A DNA stretch of 64,000 bases from the NCBI GenBank assembly GCA_009914755.4, contig CP068257.2, forward strand, positions 19,904,001 through 19,968,000, written 5' to 3'. A program made the translations under genes and the position numbers. Origin of the DNA: the human T2T-CHM13v2.0 reference genome, Homo sapiens. Below the pieces are notes generated by a model. That model did not search any database. It had not been told where the DNA came from and saw only the letters and a program-made list of their open reading frames with translations. Position 1 is the stretch's first letter, and each line of letters opens with the position of its first letter. Below, in pieces: positions 52,977-64,000 of this stretch.

Positions 52977-55025
52977 AAAAAATTTTTAGAAAAACAGGAG
53001 TAAATCTTAGAAGAAAACTTAGGAATATATGATTTTAAGTTAAGCAATGATTTCTTAGATCTGACACCAATAGCACAAATGACAAAAGAAGAAAACCATA
53101 AATTATACATACTCATAATTTTAAATTTTTGTGCTGTAAATGATAGTATCCAGGAATTGAAAACAAAGAGAATGGGAATCAATATTTTAAAATTATGTAT
53201 CTGATAAGCCATATGCTTCCAGAATACATAAAGGGCACTTACAGCTCATTAGTAAAAATATAAATAATCTAATTAAAAATGGACAAAAGATCAGAATAGA
53301 AATTTCTTCAAAAAAATGTTAAATAGCCAATAATCACATTAAAAATTGCTCAACATAATTAGTCAAATGGGAAAATGCAACACGAAACTGCAGTGAGATG
53401 ATGCTTCATGCCTCCTAAGATGGCTATGATGAAAGACATCTAACAAACATTGTCAAGGATGTGAAAAAATGTTATCCTCATAAATTCCTGGTGGTAAAGA
53501 AGCGCAGCTGTTTTAGAAAACATTCTGGCAGTTCCTCAAAGGGTTAAACATAAACTTACCATATGACCTAGTAATTCCACTTCTAGGTAAATCTAAGAGA
53601 TATAAAAACATTTGTCCATTCAAAAACTTCTACATTAATCTTCATAGTAACACTATTCTTAATAGCCAAAAGGTTGAGACAACCTCAGTTTTCATTAACA
53701 ATGGATAAATAAAATGTAGTATATTCATACAATAGGATAACATTAATATAAGAAATAAAGTATTGAAGTATGCTCCAACATGGATTAATCTTGAAAACAT
53801 TATGCTAAGTGAAAAAAGTCAGCCACAAAGGACTACATATTGTATGATTCCATTTATCTGAAACGTCCATTAAAGGCAAATACATACAGGCAGAAGTTAG
53901 ACTGGTGGTTGCCCAGGGCTGGGGATTTCAGGTGCAAGAGGAAACAACTGCTAATGAATATGGAGTTTCTTGTTGGGGTGTCAAGTACGTTGTGAAATTT
54001 TTTTTGCCACGATGGTTGTACAACTCAGTGAATATATATTTTAAAAAACACTAAGTAGTACCCTGTAAGGGAATAAATTGTATGTTAAGTAAAATATCTC
54101 ATTAAAATTGTGTCAAAATTATAGTTCTAGGATCCCTTTAAGTTAAAATTTTTAGGGCTAACAGGAAAAAACTTTATTAATATGGTTAGAAGCTACAGTC
54201 TTCTATTAAAGGAACTAAATAACCTGAACAACTAGAGGTGGCATAATAATCATTCCCCTTTTGGAGTTATGGAATAATTCATAGAATGACTATAAACAGA
54301 GCTTAGCACATTCCATAAGGGTCTCAAACAAGGATTTGGGAAACCTCAGATTTAAGTCTTGGTAGTTGGTAAAAAACAAATAGAAAAAAAAAACAAAAAA
54401 TGTGGTAAGTAGTCTCTAAAGATAATGATAATTATGTGAGCTCAATTTAATTGACAGTGGGGCTTACACCATATTCTTCCAATGCTTACAGTCATTGCTC
54501 AAAACTACCTTCTCTTTTGACGTCCTTTTCTACAGAACTGAGGGCTTCTAGACAAAGGCTCGACTTCACACCATCATAGCCATATCAGCTGAATCTTCTG
54601 TCAATTAGTAATACCACAAAAATATGGAAAGCCCAGAAGGACAGTGTTATGTTTCTAGTACACAAATAGAAGCTTTAGGATTGCAGTTGAAAGGGAGAAT
54701 AGCTGTGGTATCCACAGTTAACTGAGTGAAGACCACAATAAAGACTCAAAAATGGTGTAGTGAAAAAATTACTGGACAATAAATTCAATATGGCATTTAC
54801 AATCTTGTTTTCAGTTGAGTGATTCTAACAAAGAGATCTTCTTTTGACAATATTTATTTTCTTCAAAAAATTATACTGAAGAATTACTGTTCTCATGTAA
54901 TATGCAACAGTGCCATTGCCTTTGTGGAATTCCCTCTCCTACAATGTGAATTGGATTTAGAGACTCCCCATGTAACAAATACAAAAAACGAGAAGTTAGT
55001 GGATGTCAATCCACTATTAGGACAT

Positions 55026-57307
55026 TGTATTAGTCCATTTTCATGCTGCTGAGAAAGACATGCCTGAGACTGGGCAATTTACTAAAGGAAGAGGTGTAAT
55101 GGACTTAGAGTTCCACATGACTTGGAAAGCCTCACAATCATGGCTGAAGGCAAAGAGGAGCAAGTCATATCTTACACGGATGGCAGCAGGCACAGAAAGA
55201 GTTTCTGCAGGGCGACTACCATTTTTAAAATGATCAGATCTTGTGAGACTCATTCATTACCACAAGAACTGTGCAGGAAGCCCCGCCCCCCATAATTCAA
55301 TCACTTCCCACCAGGTTCCTTCCACGATATATGGGAATTGTGGGAGTTATAATTCAATATGAGATTTGGGTGGGGACACAGTCAAACCATATCATTCTGC
55401 CCCTGGCCCCTTCCAGATCTCATGTCCTCACATTTCAAAACCAGTCATTCCTTCCTAGCAGTCCCCCAAAGTCTTAACTCATTTCAGCATTAACTCAAAA
55501 GTCCAGAGTCCAGTGTCTCATCTGAAACAAGGCAAGTCCTTCTGCCTATGAGCCTGTAAAATCAAAAGCAAATTAGTTACTTTCTAGATGCAATGGGGAT
55601 ACAGGCATTTGGTAAATACACCCATTCCAAATGGGAGAAATTTGTCAAAACAAAGGGGCTACAGGTTCCATGAAAGTCTGACATCCAGCAGGGCAGTCAA
55701 ATCTCAAGTCTCCAAAATGATCTTCTTTGATTCTATGTCTAACATCCAGGTCACAATCATGCAAGAGGTAGGTTGCCATGCTATTGGGGCAGCTCTGTCC
55801 CTGTGGCTTTGCAGGGCACAGCCTCCTTCTGGGCTGCTTTCACGGGCTGGCTTTGAGTGTCTTTGGCTTTTCCAGGCACAAGGTACAAGGTGTGCATGGA
55901 TCTACCATTCTGGGGTCTGGAGGATGGTGGCCCTCTTCTTACATCTCCACTAGGCAGTGCCTCAGTAGGGACTCCAAGTGTGAGCTCCAACCCATTTCCC
56001 TTCTGCTCTACTTTAGCAGAGGTTCTCCATGAGAGCCCCACCACTGCAGCAAACTTCTGTCTGGACATCCAGGCATTTTCATACATCCTCTGAAATCTAG
56101 GTGAAGGTTCCCAAATCCCAATTTATGACCTCTGTGCACTCACAGGCTCAATACCACATGGAAGCTGTCAAGGCTTGGGGCTTGCACCCTCTGGAGCCAT
56201 GGCTTGAGCTGTACCTTGGCTCATTTTAGTCATGGCTGGAATGGCTGGGACACTGAGCACCAAGTCCCTAGACTGGACACAGCATGGGGACCCTGGGCCT
56301 GGCCCACAAAACCATTTTTTCCTCCTTGGCCTTTGGGACTGAGATGGGAGGGGGTGCCGTGAAGACCTCTGACATGCCCTGGAGGCATTTTCCCCATAGT
56401 CTTGGGGACTAACTTGTTATTTATGCAAATTTCTGCAGCCAGCTTGAATTTCTCCTCAGAAAATAGGATTTTCTTTTCATCACATTGTCAGGCTGCAAAT
56501 TTTCTGAACTTTTATGCTATGTTTCTCTTATAAAACTGAATGCCTTTACCAGTACCCAAGTCACCTCTTGAATGCTTTGCTGCTTAGAAACTTCTTCTGC
56601 TAATTACCCTAAATCATCTCCCTCAAGTTCAAAGTTCTGCATATCTCTAGGGCAGGGGCAAAATGCCACCAGTCTGTTTGCTAAAACATAACAAGAGTCA
56701 CCTTACATCCAGCTTGCAACAAGTTCCTCATCTCCATCTGAGACCACCTCAGCCTGGATTTTGTTGTCAATATTATTATCAGCATCTTGGTCAAAGCCAC
56801 TCAACAAGTCTCTAGGAAGTTCCAAACTTTCCACATTTTGCTGTCTTCTCCTGAGCCCTCCAAACTGTTCCAGCCACTCCCTGTTACCCAGTTCAAAAGT
56901 CTCTTCCACATTTCCTAGTATCTTTTCAACAACGACCCACTCTATTGGTATGAATTTACTGTATTAGGCCATTTTCATACGCTGATAAATACATACCTGA
57001 GACTGGACAATTTCCAAAAAAAGAGGTTTACTGTTCCACCTGGCTAGGGAGGCCTCACAATCATTGTGGAAGGCAAGCAGACACAATTCATATCTTACAT
57101 GGATGACACCGGGAAAAGAGAGAGCTTGTTCAGAGAAACTCCCATTTTTAAAACCATCAGATATCGTGAGACTCATTTACTATAATAAGAACAATGCAGG
57201 AAAGACCTGCTCCCATAATTCAATTCCATTCCACTGGGTTCGTCCTTGAATTGTGGAAGTTACAATTCAAGATGAGATTTGGATGGTGACATAGCCAAAC
57301 CATATCA
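55026..57307 (-). mobile_element. Full-length THE1-type MaLR retroelement (LTR 55026-55395, internal 55396-56944, LTR 56945-57307), probable 5-bp TSD gacat/gccat
   Basis: Left (3') LTR reverse complement: tgtattagtccattttcatgctgctgagaaagacatgcctgagactgggcaatttactaaaggaagaggtgtaatggacttagagttccacatgacttggaaagcctcacaatcatggctgaaggcaaag...ataattcaatatgagatttgggtggggacacagtcaaaccatatca. Right (5') LTR: gtattaggccattttcatacgctgataaatacatacctgagactggacaatttcc...acaattcaagatgagatttggatggtgacatagccaaaccatatca. Internal homologous to the other copies, with conserved ORF 56703-56909 (-). Flanks 55021-55025 gacat and 57308-57312 gccat. Confidence 0.8.
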
Positions 57308-57314
57308 GCCATGA

Positions 57315-57720
57315 AAGACCATGAGAGACTCTCTCTCTTTTTGTTCCCTCTCTCTCTATCTTCCCTTAATTTATGCTTTCTGTCTCTCAGATTTCTTATT
57401 CTGGGGAAAGCAATATCTCACACAATGAGAAGTTCTATGGAGAGGCCCACAAGGCAAGGAACTGATAATTTCAGGCAACGGCTTTGTGAATGAATTTAGA
57501 AGAGGATTCTTGCCCAGTCAACCCCAGAGATAAATGCAGTCTTGGTTGATACCTTCTTTACAGCCTTAGAAAGACCTTGAACAGGAAACACCCAGCTAAG
57601 CCCCTTTCAGATTCCTGATAATCAGGAGCTGTGTGAGTATAAGTATTTTTTTACTTTAAATCACTAAATTTTGTGGTAATTTCTTATGTGGCAGTAGATA
57701 ATTAATTCCCCTAATAAAGA
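57315..57720 (+). mobile_element. MaLR LTR fragment (MLT1-like 3' part)
   Basis: ...gaaagaccatgagagactc...cccagctaagcccctttcagattcctgataatcaggagctgtgtgagtataagtatttttttactttaaatcactaaattttgtggtaatttcttatgtggcagtagataattaattcccc resembles the MLT1 3' end (gaagaccatgtgag...ccagcctccagaactgtgagaaaataaatttctgttgtttaagccacccagtctgtggtattttgttatggcagccctagcaaactaatacag). Confidence 0.35.
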
Positions 57721-58239
57721 AATTATAATAGACTAAGGAGAATGAGCTATAAATGTGTACATTTATATATCCACAGAGGGAAGAATGATCAGTTATTTTT
57801 TACTCCCCCAAATCAATAGGAGATTATGTCACAGATTCTGACATTTCAAATCTTTTCAATCTTTACTTACAAATACTCTGATGATTTTCTCCCTCGCTGT
57901 AAAACTCTTTTGTTTATTCTTCTGAACAAATATTGTGAGTCTCCTTATTTTCACACATATTTGAATCTTTTTTTAACAAATATAAGTTTTACAATATTTA
58001 ATTTATCAGACTTGTTTTTGAAATACATATTAAATCTTGTTTACTCTGTCTCCTTTCTTCAAATATACATTTAAAATATCTTTAAAAATTCATATGTACT
58101 TGACTTTGTATCTTTACATTCCTCACATTTTCAAACTGTATACTTCAATCACTTTAAATATGTATATACATAGATATAGATATTAGCCAATTCTTTTATG
58201 TTTGTGTATTTGTGAGTAAAAGAGCCTTCTTATTCTATG

Positions 58240-60480
<2,241 letters not shown>

Positions 60481-60534
60481 TTCAGAGTTTGAATTATTTT
60501 ATCTCACGAGCCTCCTCGCCATCCAAATTTTGAT

Positions 60535-61400
60535 TCTATGTCTGTAATGTTAGCCAGTAACTAGTTCAAAAATTGAAACAGTAATAAAAAACCTTCCAAA
60601 CCAAAAAAGCATGAATCAGATGGATTCACTGCTGAATTCTACCAGATGTACAAAGAAGGGTTAGTACCCATCCTACTGAAATTATTCCAAAAAAATCAAG
60701 GAGAAGGGACTCCTCCCAGATTCAGTCTACAAAGGGTGCATCAATCTGATACCAAAACATGCCAGAAACATAATAAAAAATAAAACTTTAGGTAGGTCAA
60801 TATCCCTGATTTACATAGATACAAAAATACTCAACAAAATACTGGCAAACCAATCCAGCAGCACATCAAAAAATTAATTAACTACAATCAAATAGGCTTG
60901 ATTCCTGGAATGGAAGGCAGGTTCAACACACATAAATGTGATTCACCACATAAACCAAATTAAAAACAAAAACCACATGGTCATCTTAATAGATGCAGAA
61001 AAGAGTTTTGATAAAATTTAACATATATTTATGTTAAAAACCTTCAACAAATTAGGCATTGGAAGGACATACTTCAAAATAATAAGAATCATCTATGACA
61101 AACACACACTAATATCATACTGAATGAACAAAAGCTGGAAACATTCCCTTTAAAAACTGGAACAAGACAAAGATGCCCACTCTTACCACTACTATTCAAT
61201 ATAGTGCTGGCAGTTCTAGCAAGAGCAATCAGGTGAAAGAAAAACACAAATGGCATCCAAATAAACAAAAGGAAGTTTGCTGATGATATGATTCTATACC
61301 TAGAAATCTCACTCTGCCAAAAGCCTCCTAGAAGTGATAAACAACTTCGTTAAAGGCTTGGGATACAAGATCAATGCACACAAATTAGTTCCATTTCCGT
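60535..61400 (+). mobile_element. L1 ORF2 reverse-transcriptase segment in sense orientation, 3'-truncated, abutting the antisense L1 segment at 58240-60480 (inversion junction)
   Basis: Frame translation from 60535: [171 protein letters not shown]...[26 protein letters not shown]...ADDMILYLE...KINAHKLV. This reconstruction bridges stops and frameshifts, and some residues follow the L1 consensus rather than the window (e.g. window has HYI not FYE, RQRC not RQGC). The first ~21 codons duplicate, in opposite orientation, the ORF2 codons at the left end (58240-58300) of the antisense segment. Confidence 0.8.
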
Positions 61401-63488
61401 AACTAATAATGTCTTGGCATTTTGTAATTTAGGAATTTGAAATTTGAGCTTGATGAATGAGTAAAACTGATTCTCACACTGATCTACAGCAGTCAATGTT
61501 CTTGTATACAAAACATCAGAGATTGTATTGTATAATTTGTAAACCAGGAAAGTAACTTTTAACTAAAGCAAATATGCATAAAATTTATTTTAGTATCAAA
61601 AAAAGTAAAGTCATACTTGTAGGATTATTTATTCTAAATTATTCTAGTAATAATTTATATTCTTCAACTAGATAAGATATTGTTAGAATTAAAATGGAAA
61701 ATATGATGATTATGGATTTAAAATTTTATAGTTAAAATGTCCTAGAGATGTATGAACATTTTAGTATAACATTACACCAATGTATTACAACAAACTCGGT
61801 TTTAAAAATAAATAGGCTAATTTTAAAACAAAACAAAAAAAAACTAGAACAATAGAATTCAGGAATCAAGGATTCCAGTGAATAATTCATTTTTTGGTGG
61901 ATCCAAATGTCAACGTATTTATAAATTTGTTTTGACAAAAACTTATCTGGAATTCTCTACTTTAATTAAACTTGTGTAAAGTGATAGAACATATTTCAGT
62001 CTAATACATCATTTTCACAAGTAAAACTTTTATTTTGGGGCTAAGAAAGTAATTAAATGCTGAAGAATTGATCACAAATAAAGTGGAGTATATTTCAGTG
62101 AAAAGAAAAAGCTTAAACAAGAAGCATGATTAGCACAAATCCCTTGAATGTATGAATATCTGGAAAAAGTTTAGTCAGGGTCAGAAAATAGAAAATAGAA
62201 TGTGACGTGTGAAATCATTAAAACGATATTTAAATGTTAAAATGTAAATTGAGGCTAAGACAACTGAAACAATTGAAAACAATAAAATAGCTTAATTTTT
62301 TCAAAAGAAATAATAGAATCAACTTACTAATTAAGAAAGCTAAAAATGATCCTCCATGCTCAATTAATAAATAAACCAAGAACCTGGTTTTGTATATAAA
62401 TTAAACATAAACTTTGTACATATTTTTATCTGATAAAAATATGGCATTTATATATGGGCAAAGCCAAATTTTGGATTATATTGAAAAGCAAATTTTCATA
62501 GCTTGGTTAGATCCTGTTTAATGCTAAACCATTTACTTGTTAGAAACGGCTTTATTCTCAATCCTCATTGATGCTTAGCAAAAACAAGCTTAAATGTTGC
62601 CCTGTCCATCTCCTGTACTGGGCATTCACTTCGAAAAGATGACTCCTTGGCTTTAAGTTGACAGAGTGTTTATTATCCACTAAAAGCAATAACTAACTAG
62701 TCCACAAGTACTAAATCCTAAGGCAGATTTAATCGACCCTGCTCTGCTAACAGCACGTTGCAGTCCTTCATTTGCCGTTTTCCACATTATTTTGACTTGA
62801 CATTGTCTTTCTTTCTCAGTGTATCATACATCCAACAAGGATAGAGGCCCTTTTTTGCTCTTCTTTATAACCTTACAACTAGGTTAAATGCCCGAGACAC
62901 AACAGATACGTAGTAAATGCTATTCACTGGTGAGTTCAGTCAAAGTTCTCAGGCTATTTGTAACAGGTTGGCACAATTTAAGGACCCTTTTGTTTCCTTA
63001 GCTCATCTAGATAATGCAGTGATGACTTGCTTTATGTTTTCTCATTGCTGCAGAGGCTTGAAACATCCTGAGAGATTCAATGACATTTGCTATTCAAACA
63101 TTTTTGTTCCAATTAATAGCGGTGCTTCTCAAGGGGAAATGCAGCACAAATGACTGGTCTCAGAAACATTCCCTTTTTGGGATAACTGAAGAAGAAAATC
63201 AAAATATGCCATGGTTTTAATGAAAACAGTCTGCATAACTCTCAGTAGAAGTGGGAAACTGGGAATTATATTGTGATATAGAGCGTGTCAGACGGAAAGT
63301 GACCATTGCTCTCAGCTACTATCATTGGAATAAATCAACAGCACAATTAATGAATTGACCTAGTTATCTTTTTAACTAACCTGTAAGGATTCCATTAGTT
63401 TACAGTGTTATTCTTTTAAAAATCAAAAAATGTATGCATGCGTCCTTTAAATTTCCTACCTGTTAGCAATAAAGCGAAAATAATTTAA

Positions 63489-63567
63489 GTAGGTTGATGC
63501 AAAAGTAATTGTGGTTTTGTCACTACTTTTAATGGCAAAAACTGCAATTACTTTTGCACCAACACAA
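63489..63567. mobile_element. MADE1 (Hsmar1-derived ~80-bp palindromic MITE)
   Basis: gtaggttgatgcaaaagtaattgtggttttgtcactacttttaatggcaaaaactgcaattacttttgcaccaacacaa vs MADE1 consensus ttaggttggtgcaaaagtaattgcggtttttgccattaaaagtaatggcaaaaaccgcaattacttttgcaccaacctaa. Confidence 0.8.
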
Positions 63568-64000
63568 CACATTAAACTCACTACCATCTTATAGAAATTT
63601 AGCTCATTCACACAGACATATTATCAGAACATATTTGTGAGGCACTTTAAATGTATAAAATGCCACTTTTGTTTTAATGATGTCAACCACCTAAGAAGGC
63701 AGTTTGAAGAAGTATTGCTAATTGTATTTAATATTAGAGTCAGCAGAATCACAAATAATGTTTTGAATTTTAAAAAGTAGTAAAGAATCAAAATTGGAAA
63801 AAACTTTTACTTCAAAATTGTCCTTTTGTGAGCAAAATAGATTTAATTTTAATTAATTAAAGAAATCTTTATGTTACCTCCTCCTTTCTTTTTTCTTCTA
63901 TCTTTGAGCATCTGGTTACTTATTTAACTCAGAGTTTTAGTTCAGGGTATCAAGGAGTGTCATGGAAACTTCTAACCCTAATTTCTAATGATAACCATGT

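Larger units (their letters stand above)
51355..54120 (+). mobile_element. Ancient L1 (L1M-type), ORF2 C-terminal half plus 3' UTR, 5'-truncated, with nested MLT1 LTR (51869-52238) and a young L1PA insert (52610-52976)
   Basis: Frame translations: 51395 ...CSLKIRNKARMSSLTTYVQHFIRSPKHGN (cf. [31 protein letters not shown]). 52240 HKKNIEYPKQS.KRKKVGSLILPDFITDCKATVIKTV.YCNRIDM.IHEIELKV (cf. [57 protein letters not shown]). 3' UTR 53270-54120 matches old-L1 3' end (ctgcagtgagatgatgcttcatgcctcctaagatggctat...ccatatgacctagtaattccacttctaggtaaatctaagag...gactggtggttgcccagggctggggatttcaggtgcaagaggaaacaactgctaatg...). Confidence 0.8.

Overview
This window is primate (human or great-ape type) nuclear DNA, not a prokaryotic locus. 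It is AT-rich, strongly CpG-depleted and densely packed with interspersed repeats, with no convincing protein-coding exon, rRNA, tRNA, CRISPR array or CpG-island promoter. It reads as a gene-desert or intergenic segment.

Repeat content I can support from the sequence:
- About 14 Alu or FLAM SINEs, several with intact target-site duplications (TSDs).
- A ~6 kb, 5'-truncated primate L1 on the minus strand (15.1-21.1 kb) carrying nested Alu and MaLR-LTR insertions.
- An older L1M on the plus strand (51.4-54.1 kb) with a nested MLT1 LTR and a young L1PA insert that has an inversion structure.
- A second inverted L1 pair at 58.2-61.4 kb.
- A nearly full-length Tigger1 (pogo-like) DNA transposon (42.6-45.0 kb).
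- A HERVL pol fragment, a MIR, a MER5-like MITE and a MADE1 MITE.
- An unusual cluster of THE1/MST-type MaLR retroelements: three full-length LTR-internal-LTR copies, one truncated copy and at least four solo LTRs. One full-length copy sits precisely in the Tigger1 terminal inverted repeat.

Smaller structures are a 58-bp templated duplication 2.2 kb apart, several tandem duplications and minisatellites, Alu-tail-derived microsatellites, a MADE1 hairpin of mir-548 type and two short CpG-retaining unique segments.

Every ORF in the six-frame track is explained by repeat-derived sequence (Alu, L1 ORF2, Tigger transposase, THE1 internal region) or is short and low-complexity. I found no evidence of a novel gene system. 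The most interesting biology here is in mobile-element insertion mechanics and local structural variation. Family names for some ancient repeats are from memory of consensus sequences and should be confirmed with RepeatMasker/Dfam.
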